This document shows positions 39,521 through 53,379 of a stretch of 64,000 nucleotides of DNA, one piece after another (the stretch's first letter is position 1; each line of letters begins with the position of its first letter). Source of the DNA: Lama glama (Eukaryota); NCBI GenBank assembly GCA_028534125.1, contig CM052816.1, forward strand, positions 60,638,001-60,702,000. Reading direction: 5' to 3'. The position numbers and the translations under genes were made by a program. The notes under the pieces were generated by a model. The model saw nothing but the letters and a program-made list of their open reading frames with translations, ran no database searches and was not told the DNA's origin.

Positions 39521-42500
39521 CCTTTTATTTTTTTTAACATAGTTCTTTGTTTGTTTAAGCAATAGCTACTAAATTGGCAAATCTGTTCATGAGCAACTTA
39601 AAAAATCAGCTCCCGTCTGCCTTTATAGACCCACCACGGGAAAAGTACTGGTTTTTTACATCAAACCCGTGAGCAAGCTATTTAATTTCTGTGAGCTTTG
39701 CTTTCCTTCCCTATGAAATGGAGATACCCCACCTTCCTCGTAAGATCACAACAGGTCAAACTAAAAAACAATGTATGTAAAGGACGAGGGAAGCCGAGCA
39801 CACCATAGGCCTCTGATAAGGCCTATGCTGTAAGGCTTTCCTTCAACACTTTTAAAAGCTAGAGAGCCAGAGTCACTTCTCATTAACGGCACCAGCAAAC
39901 CCAAATATTTTAATGAGATACTGCTTCTGCTTGTATCTGAAGGTTACATACGTGCCTCATACTCAAATTTAGTGTTTTTACATTTCAGAAAAAAATTCAG
40001 TCAATTAAATCACTAATGACAGATCCGATATTCTCCTTCCAGTCCAGAGGTGAACGTACAAGGTTTTTATTTGCAAGACTCCACTACTTTGGCTGCAACC
40101 ATTTTCCCCCTGCGTTCTATGTTTTTATAGCATGTTATTACACAGATAACTGAGCACTGGCAAAGAGCGGCAAGCAAGGCTGTCGGGGAAATTAATTAGC
40201 GAAAGGAAAAAAAGGAGCAGCACTTAACCAACTGTGTACACAAGGAAGTCCTGGTCTTCTTTCCAGAATTTGCACATTTTTTTAAATGTTGGCCCGTTCA
40301 GAGGACAGAGCACCCAAGCTCCCTCACACAGAAGCCCCTGCCAGCTGCTCACCCTGGGAGCCTGAGAAAGCAAAACCCAGCCTCCCCGGGGCCTCACGGA
40401 ACCTGTCAGTCTGGAAGGGGAGCCCTTCGCCTCCCCAGGCGGGCCTTGGGCTTCTCCCCGTCCTTACCAGCACTCTCTGGAGCTCAGGGGAGAGGACCTG
40501 GAGCCAGTCCTGACACATCTTCTCAGAGGTCCAGCCAGCCAGGTCGTCTTCCAGACAGTTCTGCCCAACCGGCCAGCCGGCAGTGCCAGCCTTCTAAATC
40601 AGATTCTTACATGTAACTTGAACATATTATGACTAAAAATTTCCTTTTAATTTTAAAACATCTTTGCATCCCCCTCTCGACAGGGGGACATGGGATCAAT
40701 GTGGGAAATTGAAGCTCTGCCCCAATCCATGATCCTCAAGGTAAAGTGAGGGGACTCCATCCTAGAGTCCTTCTCAAGTCATGCCTTCAGGACCAGCTCT
40801 GACTTCAGAGGTTGCCTTAAGCTGTAAGGTTTCCTCCATGTGTTTGTTTATTCAACAAAGATACACAGCACACAGGGAGGTGGCTGCCACGGCCATGAGG
40901 ATAGGCTCTCTCGTGCTCCTGCAGTTCGCAATGTGGCAAGGGGAGGAGACATGGAGATGTGATGAGGACGGTGCACCAGCAGCCCCGTGGGTGATGTCCA
41001 GTGCAAGAAGCCGCTCACGTGCTGGGCGGGCAAAGGGGAGAGATGACAGGAGCTCGCGGTGCCTTCTTCTGATCACAGCACTTTAATTTTAGGTACAATT
41101 ACACAGAAGGAAAGGACCACGATTTTAAGTGCATAAGGCTGTAGCATCTCATCAAGGGATTGTCAGGAACCCATGTTTGGATCACGGGTACAGCAGGTAT
41201 GAAAACTCAATTCACAAAGTCAGATGTAGCAAAAACCAACAAGCGAAAGAAAACCCTTCCCTTGAAATCAAATTATTTCTGATTCCAAAGCCATGGGAAG
41301 ACACTGATCCTTCTGAGTTGTTCCTGGGATGTGACACCAAGGGGAAGCCTCCTGTGCTTACTACTAAAATCCTCGTGGTCAGCCGGCCCCCGAGGGCCCT
41401 GGAAATCCTGCATGTCTGTACTGCCAGGCCCCACAGGTGGCCCCAGCATCTCTGCCAAGGCAGGAAGCTAGGTGTCTAAGTGCCAGCCTTCCCAGGCCCA
41501 CCCAGTGGCCTCCTCCCTTGCTTCCTGCTGCCACAAGAGAATCATGAACCCCAACCCCTGTGCCCCAGAGCCCACCTACCCTGACCCCTTTCCGGTCCAG
41601 GGAATCTGTTTTCTCTCTCCCTGCTCTCCCAGGAAAACCACCCTCCACCCCAGTACACACAGCCTCCTCTCTTCTGTAAGTGCAGACTTTTTAGAAAGAG
41701 ACTCAGAAGAACCTATTCTTTAAATTGCTTCAGTTTTCTGCCAGGCAAATATCCCCGAGGCCAGGAATTACAACTGTCCCAGTTCCTACTTAAAATATCA
41801 GAGAAGAGAAAAAGCAGAGAGCAAGACACAGATTTAATAGCTTAAAAAAAGATTTCTCTGCCATATGCGTTCCCCTCAAGCAGAGCATCACAAAGGATGC
41901 CTTATCTTTAGCTGAAGATCAGCACATCCTCAAAGAAGTACCCCCACCGCCTCCCAACAGGAGGGCTCCCCGGTCCTCTCCCTACCTGTGGACCACGAGG
42001 TTCCTACTCTCCACAAACCACTGTCCTAGCAGCTCCCTCACATTGGGAGTTATGCCAAGTGTCATGTCTTTTCAGCACAAAAGAAATCTGCCAGCTCAAG
42101 AAACAGGAGGAACTTGCTCTCCCAAGAACGGGAAAACTGGGGTTCCTCTAATGGTCTTCCATTCTGCAACATGGAAAACCTTCAGTAAGATTTGTTTCAA
42201 AGCTTAATCCAAGACTGGGATCTTACTGCCCTCCTCCAGAGCGAAAGAATTCTAGAGACCTCAAGCACATTTCAGTAAGGGCAAATCAAATCCTTGACGT
42301 CACAGGCCAGGCGATTCAGGTCTTAAAGGAATAACTTCTACCCTCTCCATCATTTCATGCATTAACCAGGCTGTCGGCAAGCTCTAGGTGAAAAGAGTGA
42401 GTATTTAGTTTTCAGAGTTAAGATTAATAGCAGACTTGTAACTGTAAATTTCAAAAGTCCAAAGTACACACTGTGTGGGTAGAATAAAAATAACTGCGAC

Positions 42501-43590
42501 AGAGGCTCTTTGAAGAAGTTGTGGAACTGGCCAGACACTGGCACGGGGCTCACAGGACTGCTTTCTTAGATATTTTTTCTGAGGCAAGAGTGAAGGCTGA
42601 GATGTACTGGGCCAGGGCACAGAGGATAGGGCTAAAAGTCAGTTCATTTGGGAGCTTAATGTTAATTATAAATGCATAACAGCCCTCATCGTTCCACTTT
42701 GGCTTGGTCATTATAAGTAACACCAACTCCTCTTAAGTTTTCCCCACTCCTGCTAAAAAAAAAAAGCATTTTCTCCAGTCTGCCCTGCTGCCTTGCTTTG
42801 TAATCTTGTGTGGCCTTTGCGAGCAGCCCCGGTGTCACATATGGCTCCCACACCGGTAGACCACGCTGGCAAGCACTGACCCTCAGGTGGAGGACTTTCC
42901 CCCAAGCCTGCAGGCCCCTGAAGGAGACACAGTCCCCAGAGTCTTTTTAGAAAGCAGGTTTTATCCTCAGTGGGCTCTCCTCCCACCTGCAAGCCCTGGA
43001 AGCTAGCTGCCCAGAAAGGTCTGAGGCCTGGAGAAACCACCTTTTCTAAAAATCACAGGTGCTGCCTCCTATGACCGGTTGCTCTGTGGGTGCTGAGGAC
43101 ATCGAGCCAGTCCACATCACTCAGAGGTCTCTGAAAGCCCCCCGGTCAGGGGCTGGCACGGCCACAGGGCGAGTCCTCCGCTGTGTAAGGGGCTCCACCC
43201 TGATGGAGGCAACGGTTGCTGCCCAAGACCCAGAGGGTGAGAGCCTCTCCTTGAAGTTTTTTCAAGCACACTTTGAGGAGAAAAGAAAGACAACTGGGGG
43301 AGTGTCTGAAATTCCACCTGGGCCAAAAACATCATTGCTCAAAACTTGGCACATTTCCAGTAATGAGTAACTGAAAGATATCCCAAAGCATGAAAAGAAA
43401 GTGTTATCTTCAAGAGAGAGCATCGGAAACGGCTTAGCTGGTAAATTCTCACCAAACACGCTTTCTCCCCAAACTCTGCCCCCCACAACTAACAAAACAG
43501 TGATTTAAAAGACAGTGATTTAAAAAGCATTAAGTGGCTACACAGCTTACTTATCTGAGGAAATATAAATCTTATAAAAAAAATATTCCT

Positions 43591-43684
43591 GGAGGGGGGT
43601 GGGTATAGCACAGTGGTAGAGCAAGTGCTTTGCATGCATGAGGTTCTGGGTTCAATCCCCAGGATCTCCATTAGGGAAAAAAAA
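43591..43684 (+). mobile_element. tRNA-Ala-derived SINE (camelid Vic-1 type)
   Basis: gggtatagcacagtggtagagcaagtgctttgcatgcatgaggttctgggttcaatccccagg; A box 43606-43616, B box 43649-43658; A-tail; flanking aaaaaaaata at 43576-43585 and 43677-43686. Confidence 0.88.
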
Positions 43685-45712
43685 TACTTTTGATTAGAAA
43701 GTTATGAAGCCATAAATAAGCTGGTAAGAGAAAATGCTAAAATCCTGGTAATGTATCTTTATCAGTAATTTTAAATTACACAGAGTTAACCATAAACAAA
43801 TGTTAAAACCAACCACCTATTAGTACCTATTACTATTCCTTCGAAATATTGTTATTCCTAAAGAGAAAAAGAGACTTTCCTAAGACTACACCTGTAATGA
43901 ATGACCATACCTGATGGGGCAAATCATTTCATCTGCTACAAGCTCCTTTTCTTTCCAATGCTTAGGTCTTCAAGGCACCAGGAAAACATCCTTCCAGCTA
44001 AATCCCCTCAGGGGATTCTCAACTTGGTTTCTTCCCCAAACCCACCTTCAGTCTGAACTGCATTTTCATTTGTTGATAGTGCACTGTGCACATTCAGGTC
44101 AACTCACTCGACTGTATGTTGCTTTAGGTGCTGACCAGATTTCTGAGTTCTTTTACGTCTCCCTGTCCTCCCACTGCCATATTCTACAGAGTTTTGCAAG
44201 CAGCAAGGCTTAATAAACACCTCTGGACAAAGAAAAATGTATGCTCTCACACTAGCTCTACCCCACAGCAGGAAGGGCTAGCAGCAGCCTGGGTACCAGG
44301 GAGGAGCCCTGCAACTAACCTTCAACAAGGGCATCTTCACCAGCATCTGTTGTTGCAACAGTGTGCTAGGGTTACAACCCTTATTTTCTAGAGCCTCTGT
44401 CTGCCCTTTTTGCCCTTCAAAAGTGCAGGCTAATAGAAAAGGAGAAGAGAGATACTACAAAATAAAAAGAGAGAGAGAAAGAGAGACACCCCAGAAGATG
44501 CTGACTTGGCTCAGCTCCCGTTACCCTGCACTTGAGTAACGTTGGATACATAGCTCCAGTCTGCAAGTTTAGGTTAAAAAGTTTTGCGTCTCACACACAA
44601 AGCCCACTGTGTTGGAGTCCCAGTTTTCTAGGACATCCTGAGTGAGTAGCTGTCGTAACCTCATCTAACTGAAAGCTGTCCCCTCAAAGAGTCGACATAA
44701 GTCTGATTGCCCGAGACTTTATGGTAATACTTTAAAAGCTGCCCATCCAGATTGCAAGTTCAGAAACCAAATTTTGAACACTCGTGAAAATTTTAACTTT
44801 AAAAACTACATCTCTGTGACAATTTTGTTACATAATCTGCCACTTTTCATTCAAGCCCACAGAGAGAGCAGCAGCAGTAATTACATTTACATCCTTAGAT
44901 GTCCTTAAGTGTCAAAATAAATTTCTAAAAACGGCAGGTAACGGTATCTGAGCAATCTCAAGACAGTGCCCATCTGATTACAGGTTTTTCACAAGTACAA
45001 AGTGAGTACCCCATGATGTTTCTCAGCAGGGCATCTACCTATATTTTGAAATCACTTGGTAAACCTGTATTTATCATTTTTTAAGAACCTGTGTTTCACT
45101 TTCTTTGTAATTACCACAGACAAGCTCTAAAGGGACATTTTGGAGAGGCTCTGACGAAATCATCCTCATTGCTAGAAACTAACTCTACACTATTTGGATG
45201 GGGCCTTCGCCATCTCTTTAAAAAAAAATTAATTGCCCTAATTCCATGACTCAGCCTTATCCCTCTCATGAGGGGAGGAAAGGAGAGAGACGGGAGAGAG
45301 AGAACAAAGAGAAAAACAGGAGCTCACAGCACAATGAATGAAACCACCCTCGAGTTGGAGTGATGAATCCACCTTTCCTCAAATTCTGTGGATTTGGGCT
45401 CAGGGAGATAAGAGGCCCCTAAAACCACACAGTTAAGTGTAAAGCCCCAATGGATCAAGGATATGTGGCAATTATTCAAAGCCTCACCTAGAGGCTCCAT
45501 CATGTGAGTTAAACTACAAGAAAAAGCATGGGAGAATCCGTGTCTACAGGTGAGGGAGACACACTGTGCAAATTAGGACATCATCTGTTCTGCAAAGAAG
45601 TCTTACTATACAGGGAATGTTTTGAGCAAATAGCCCCTTGATATTTCTACTAATAGTATTTGGTTTATTTAAAAGGCATTCTGATCAATTTTCTGAGGTA
45701 ATCACCTTCTAC

Positions 45713-46549
45713 AATTTTTTAAATTGAGGTGTAACTGACATAACATTATATTGGTTTCAGGTATACAACCTAATGATTCGATGTTTGTATATATTGCAAA
45801 GTGATCCTCCAATATGTCTAGTTAATATCCATTATCAAATGTAGTTTTCTTGTGATGAGAACTTTTAAGATCTCCCCTCTTAGCAACTTTCAAATATGCA
45901 ATACAGAATTATTAACCAGAGTCATCACACTGTATGTTACATCTCATGACTTACTTTATAACTGGAATTTTGTACTTTTTGACCCCCTTCACCCATTTCA
46001 CGCATAGCCTCCCACCCCTGCCACCACTGGCAACCACCATTCTGTTCTTTGTATCTATGAGTTATCTTTTTTTTTAACCAATTACACATGTAAGTGAGAT
46101 CATCAAGTATGTCTTTCTCTGACTTATTTCACCTAGCATAATGCCCTAGGGGTCCATCCGTGTTGTCACAAAAGGCAAGATTTCATTTTTAATGGCTGAA
46201 AAATAGTCCATTGGGTCTATACAGACACACACTCTCCACATCTTCATCCATTCATTCATCGATGGACACTTAGGTTGCCTCTATTTCTTGGCTATTGTAA
46301 ATGCTGCTGCTGTGAACACAGGAATGCCATCTATCTTAGAGTTAGTGTTTTCATCTTCTTTGGATTAAATACCCGGAAGTGGATTGCTCGATCATATAGT
46401 AGTTCTATTTTCTGAAGACCCTCCACACTGTTTTCCATAATTCACATTCTCGCCAACAGGGCACAAGGGTTCCCTTTTCCCCACATCCTCACCAACACTT
46501 GTTGTCTTTTTGGTAACAGCCATTCTGATGGGTGTAAGGTGGTATCTCC
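45713..46549 (-). mobile_element. L1 3' fragment (L1MA9/laurasiatherian type) with TSD
   Basis: Reverse-strand L1 3' UTR and ORF2 tail (catgtaagtgagatcat, gatggacacttaggttg, ggaagtgggattgct); TSD caccttctac at 45703-45712 and 46550-46559. Confidence 0.92.
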
Positions 46550-49500
46550 CACCTTCTACCTTAAAATTCTGAGCCTTCACAGGCCTCCTCCATTAGAACT
46601 GAATTGAAAAGTGGCAGGAGACACCGTTTTGGGTTAAAATGATTTGTCCCAATATGAAAAGGAGTCTTGGGCATCCGTGCAAGTGTCCTAAAGACAAAGA
46701 AAGGTCATTGTTACACCTCCAGGAGGAAAGCCAGAGCCACCACATAGCTGTAGCAGATGCCGAGTGCTTGGGCTCCCTCTCCCCAGCTCGTTACTCATGA
46801 ATTCTGATACGTGGGAGGGCAGCTGGCTTATCTGGAAACCAAACCATCATTTAAAACGTCTCTATGGGACGTCACACTCCAAGCTTCAAACAACTTCCAG
46901 ATGAACTTATAAACTAATCCCAACAGCCCAGGCCGACAGCTCAGGCTAGAGCAGCCAGCCTCTGGTTTAAAAAAAAATCAGCATGCTGCTAAGAGGTAAC
47001 TTCTGACTGATTCTGATCTAACTTTGCAAACAAACTTCAGTCCACTACAAGGACTGGGTAACTAGGATCCAGAACAGTACAGGAGGGCCCTGGCTGCCTG
47101 GGGAAGCAGAGACCATACCAATATTCTAGATAAGAGAATAGTTTTTGAAAACCAAAAGTTGCTGCTCTAGAACAGACTTGTGACATGACGTGTGGCCCAA
47201 ACTAATTCCAGGCAGTATGCGAATTCCAAACTCAACTCTTTTCAGTTTGGAGCCCACTATAAAAAAGCAGATTCCACCACTGATCTAAGGACCTGCAGAT
47301 GCTCTAAGGGAGACAGATCCAGTTCTGCAGTCAGAGTCTCCAAGAGCTCGCACCCAAAACTCACCCTTTGTAATTTCACCTACAACGGTAATTTCTGGTG
47401 CACACAACAGTCTGCGGTAGCATCGAGAGAAATGCAAAACTGACTGTGTTGTCCAGCGTTTACCTCCTTCGCAGGGTTGGGAGGTGAGAGAGCCCTCAAC
47501 ACGTCTTTGTGACGACTGACAGAAACATGCCAAATCATTTTAAAAGATGAGTGTAAGCAAGATATATATGCCGACTGCACTTCTGTAAGTTTAAGTCAGC
47601 GTAACCTAAAAGAATCCTTTAAGTGTCTCTGTGAGAATTCCTTTCAAGCACGTGCCTATATACAAATTCAAATTTGTCAAAACACAAATGGGAGTGAACA
47701 GTTCTGTAACAAATTAGACACTGATGACAACTTCCTATTTTTCAATTAATGTTTCTAGGGTAAGAAGAAACATCTGGAGCTGGAGTTGGACAGGACCGCC
47801 TTTCATCACACGTGAAGATTGTGGAGATGAACGCTTGGCCAGCAGGGAGCCACCACACAGCTGGGACCTCCCAAATCCCCCACAGATGCTCACCCAGAAT
47901 TCCTGAACCCATTTCCACAGACAGCAGTTTATCCTGAGCACTAAGGAGTACAGGCCAGAACCACGGTTAAAATTTTAAGGCTAGCTGTCAATGTTTCATC
48001 AGAAATTAAAATAATTCCTTTAAAACACGTGGCCAAAAACGACTTAGAGCTACAAGTGATTGTAATGAGTAACGCAGCAGGGCAGAGTTTCCCAACGCTT
48101 AACAGGAAAAGAATTGGTTTATCGTGAAAACTTTTCATTGGCAGAAATCCACTCAGCCAGCCCATGAAACCTATGATCCCGGGTTGTAGGTCATCAGTTA
48201 AATCTTGACCCTGACCTGAACAGAAAGAAGTTCTACAGCCACTTAACCCAAACTCTTAATGGCAACTGCATGGTGCACAGAGTTGATAATAACAATGCAC
48301 TGTTCCTAACTGCAGTTGAGGCATATTGTGGGTAAAGACACCATTCTGAGTGTTTTACATGCATTTACTCACTTAACTTTTACAAAAGTCCTTTTAAACT
48401 TAATTGATAATTCAATTGGTCCATATTACCATATCATGGCCAAATGACCCACTTAACGTTATACAATCTAGTGGGAAAGAGATTTAACTATTAACTACAC
48501 TACAAAAAGTGAGTACAAAATGAAAATGAGAGAACAGAAATAATATCAGGAAAAGCTGTGCAAATTGTTAAATACTGTACATACATTAACAATATATACA
48601 AGACCTAGCATAACCCAGAAACAAAGATAATGCAGCACATTCCTCAGGGAAAAAAAAGAAAGAGAACTTACTAACTTTAACTTCTCGAGTTAAGAAATCA
48701 ATATTACCCACTTATTAACAGCACATGCAATTTTACACTTTATACTTCTTCTCATGCACTTTTACATATTCAATAGTTTTCAAAGATGATTGATGCCCAA
48801 AGTGAGAGCCCTAAAGCATTACGAGATGTCCAAGCATTAAAAAAAAAAAAAACTAACTTGTTCAGCACAGAATAATAAAAGCAGAAAAATCACACCATAT
48901 TTATAAGGAAAAAAGGTAAATGAAATGAGAATTAAAATGAGAAAAAAATGAGAATTAAAAAAAGCTTTCAAGTTAATTTTTAGTGAATCATAAAATTCAG
49001 TAACCAAAAAAGGGCTCTCCCTCAAACATTCTATTTAACAAAGGTTTTACTATAATCTTCCAACCAAAGTTGTTTGTGAGGTTCTTTTTAAAATTCTGAT
49101 GACCAAGCTATAGATAGGAAGGGGAAGAAACAGGAATGAATTAGAACACGGAATGACAGGTAACCTAATACACAGAAAGTGATGACTCAAACAATCTTAA
49201 AGGAATTTAAAACAGTAGGATTCTAGCAGGTTACACCACCGTCATGTTGCTACTCTACTGGTAGCAACAGGTATTATTCCATCATTTTAAAACTGTTGCC
49301 CTCAGCTTCCTCCAGGTAGAAATGTTTTAATTTCAAAAGGAGAACTCTTGAAAACTAAAGTGATATTGACATTGTAATAATAATTTTTAAAAAAGCGTTC
49401 ACAGTGAATTTCCATGTTATCTCTTGTCCTCCTAACAGAGACTGCATCATGGCAAGGACCCAACATCACCGCAGCTTAAAGTGAATCCTAAAAGGTCTCA

Positions 49501-52184
49501 GGCACATTTTGAACCTGCCTCCTTTTCCCAACTTACAAGGAACCGGGGCAGATTAAGGTAACAGTGCCCATAGAACAAAAAAACTAAGCAATTCCAAGGA
49601 AGTCAAGTGGAACATGAAGTGCAAGTTAACAAAGGTAATTATTTCAAACAACACACAAATAATTTAAAGTACCAAAACGTGAGGCAAAGAGAAGATAGTC
49701 TTTCCCTATGTGACAAGGAGTCCCTCTCCTCCATCGCTCTCTCATGCTCACACACGCTCGTTCAGTCTTTAAACTAAGGCCCCACTGTCTTAACCAGGAG
49801 AGTCTACTTACCAGTCTGATAAGGGCCACAAGAAGGGGCAGGTCAGCATTTTCTTGGGGCTTCCGGATATGTACTCTATTCATCTGCAGCAAGTCTAAAG
49901 TTCCCCTTAAGTAAAACTTCTCAACAGTCCTTTCTCTCCAAACATTTGGGTTGGGGTGGCCCTCTTCTCTGCAGCAACTCTCCCCTCCTCTGCTTGGCTG
50001 CATCTGAGTGAGCATCCTCAGAGCTGCCCGGTTAAAACGAGAGGCCTGGGGGTGTTAAGGATTTCAATTAAGCCCCAGGTGCCTTCAATTAAGCACTCTG
50101 GCTGAAATGAAGGGAGTGACGCAGCAAATATTGCGAGTTTGCGTGTAGAGAAGCTAGACACATAACTATGGAACCCAACTCATTCATAAACTCTTTGTGA
50201 AAATAATTATTTAACCTTTATCTACAAAATGGATTTTATCACAACTGCATTCTATTTCAGCACCTTAATGCAGTTTGGCTAGCAATGATTGCCTTAAGAA
50301 GCAATTTTACATTGGTAGTTTCTGTAAATAAAAGTCTCAAAGACAGTGTATAGTGACATAAGATTTTTAGCCACCAACTCTAATTTTACTTTATTTCCCT
50401 ACCACTGGTGAGGGGCAAGGATCTTTTCTGTGTTGCAGAAGTTACATCCATCTCTGCATAAAGAAATGCCTGAAGAGACAAATAGTAACACCAGAATCCC
50501 AAGACAGGATGATATTTTTAAAAAGATAGAAAGGCACAAAATCATTGGCCAGGAGTAAATTACATACCTAACTTCTCAGCTCATTAAAAAAAGTAGCTGA
50601 CCAAGTTCTAAAGGCCAAAAGACCCACACCTGATGCACGTTTGTTAATGTGTGTTCACTGACCCATACTGAATTGGGTGCACCTGTGCACTCGCTGGCCA
50701 CTGGAAAAAAAACCCCAAAGTCAAGAACATTAAAATTAAATTTTTATTTTCTACACAATAGCCTATGAAACGACTGAAGAAAATAAAGCCAATCTGTCAG
50801 TATTTCCATCCTCTCTCCCACCTTCCCTCCGCCCCCAATATCAGCACAAAGTATTTGGTTAAAAGGTTCAGAGGAAGTAAGCACCATAATCAGAAGTATA
50901 TGGACTGTGTCCAAGAGGGGATTGATGGGCGAGCAAGAGCACAGGCCTACGGTAGAAATACAAGCTGTCTCACAGACATGCGTGTCTAGTTATGAACTCA
51001 AAGTATTAAATAAGCACTGAATGCTTTTTATTAAGAGAACTTGGAGGAGCAACCGGAAATTTCACACAAGTTCTACAAATTTAAATGACTTTAATGTATG
51101 TATACCGCTGACCACGGTCCTGAACCAACTCTCACATTGAGGGAAGGGTTTTTTTTCCTAAGCCTGGAAGCACAGGGGATTACTATCCAATCCTTCCCAG
51201 GAATTCTGAACCAGGTGAGAGAAGGGCAAAGAGAGAGAAAGAAAGAAGTGCGCAAAAGCTACTGGAGAAAGAGATTTCTGCTTAATCCTAGCTGGTGTTA
51301 TGCTCTACCCCAAAATAACAGAACAAGATAAGAAACCAGACAAAATATCGGAGACATAAAAGGGCACTAAAATCCTTGAACTCGACAATGCAAAGCTGTG
51401 TAAATGTCAACCTGAACAGGTTCAGAGGGCAGAGCCCCAAGTAGGTGGGAGAGAAATGCCTGCAGTCACTGCACCAGCATTGATCTGAGTTATGTCAAAC
51501 GTGCTCCTAGGTGTTTGCAATTTTGCCTTAAAAATTTGAGATGTTTACATTGTCCCAAAGGGACAAAACAAGTTTTTTGCTGGGCAATTCACATACCCAA
51601 GTTCTTATATTTTTTAAAAGTTCCATTCCGTTTCTAACAGATTTCCCTCTGCGAAGTTGGGGTGGCTCCTGGACCACCTGCCTCCACCCTCGATGATTAT
51701 ATTAACCAAAGCGGGCTTCCAGAAAATCATTTGACTGCCTTCTTACTCCCTTCTCAGCCCCCCACATCATCACGAAGTACCTGGTCATCTCACCAGCCTC
51801 ATCACACAGCTGGCTTACTGCCTTCTGACTACATCCCTGGACACAGCTAATAATTTGCATGTTCATACAGTCTTTTAGGACATTACTTAATAAATGATCA
51901 CTAAGAGCAGGTTCCATGAGCAAAGGAGAGATGCTGTCTTACAGGAGGATTAATGAACCATACACCATAAAGCTGTGCTGTTAGTACATCATAAGAAATG
52001 CTGGGTCCATGAAATTAAAAGTGATCACTATGTTACATATCTACCTACTCATGAATGAAAGAGCCTCCCAGAAGGACCAGTAAAACATGCTGGTAGCATA
52101 ATCTATCAGGGAAGGGCCATCTAGGCATCTGATTATTCCTGGCTATGGCACAGATATTCTGCATAAACCAGCTTTTTCATACTC

Positions 52185-52420
52185 TGTAATAATAGCAAAC
52201 ACCATTATGGAATGCTGGGTCTTCTACAGAAAACATCTTAGTAATTCTCATAATGACCCTCTGCAATAAATACTGGCATGTCCATTTTACAGGTAAGGAA
52301 ACGTCTCAGTATTAATAATCTTTCCAAAGACACACAAAGACCTCTAAGTGGCTGAACTGGGGTCATTAGGTCTGGATCCTTAGACACAACAGACTCTGAC
52401 CCCAGAGCACGGAACACTGG
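52185..52420 (-). mobile_element. MIR SINE
   Basis: taataatagcaaacacc...ccattttacaggtaaggaaac...ctctaagtggc...tctgaccccagagc. Confidence 0.7.
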
Positions 52421-53379
52421 CTGCTGGTATGAGAGGAAGGAGAAGAGAAGCATAAGCCCCTTCTGGGCAACACTTGAGAATGTGCCAACGTGCTTATAAA
52501 CGGCCCGGGACATCCTCCATCTAGAAACAAGCACCTCCTCTAAGACGCGCGCGCGCATGCGCACTCACAGCCGCCACCCCCACCTTAGTTTTCTCTAACG
52601 CCAGGCCACCTGGTTATGAGCCCTTCTCTTTGTGAGAACTTTTCTCCCAGGATCCTTCCTACAGTTTTCCATATTCCCAGTCCATAGTATAATGTGCTTC
52701 CAAACTGTTCCTCACAGGGATAGACTGAAAAACAGCTGGACTCATGCCACCGTATCCTCTGAGGGGACAGATAGGCAGACTTGGTCCCTGGTTCCAAAAC
52801 AGTGACAAAATATAAATATTTGACAATTCCTAGAATACCTCAGACCCGGGGTAGAAAGGGTAAATAAAAGCCTTAGTTCCCCGAAGCTGACCCTTCCTTC
52901 TCTAGGAACATCACAGCCAACAAGCCAGACTCTCAGAATGTGTGTTGGTTCAGACACCCCACTGCCCATCACCAGGGAGCCTCACACACCTCGTGGCAAT
53001 GTCCCTTGTATTCATTCACGTGGGGGTCAGCAATCCCTGCAACTGACTCTGGAAATGAGCATTTGCAAGGCCTCTTCTCAGCTCCACTCATGTCAATTAA
53101 GTTTTCCCTTCAAGAAAAATACTAGGCTTAAGGCAATACTGCAGTGAAAAGCAGCCTTCACATCCACGCTAAGGTGTTCTCTGGAATAGACCTAATCCTT
53201 TTCCTATTCCATTTCAGGTGTGTTTTGGTGGATACCTGAACTGCCAGGAATGAGCTGCCTGTTCCATCTACACGTGGTTTATTAGGATGCCATCTTCTCG
53301 GGTTATCAGCTCCCTATAACCAGGAAACACAAGCTACACAGCAGTGGGCCCCAGGCTGCCTGGCCTTCCCAAAATATCA

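Noticed and set aside
43599..43671. Functional tRNA-Ala(TGC) gene
   Set aside because: There are mismatches in the acceptor, D and anticodon stems. The G-rich leader, A-tail and flanking duplication indicate a SINE copy.
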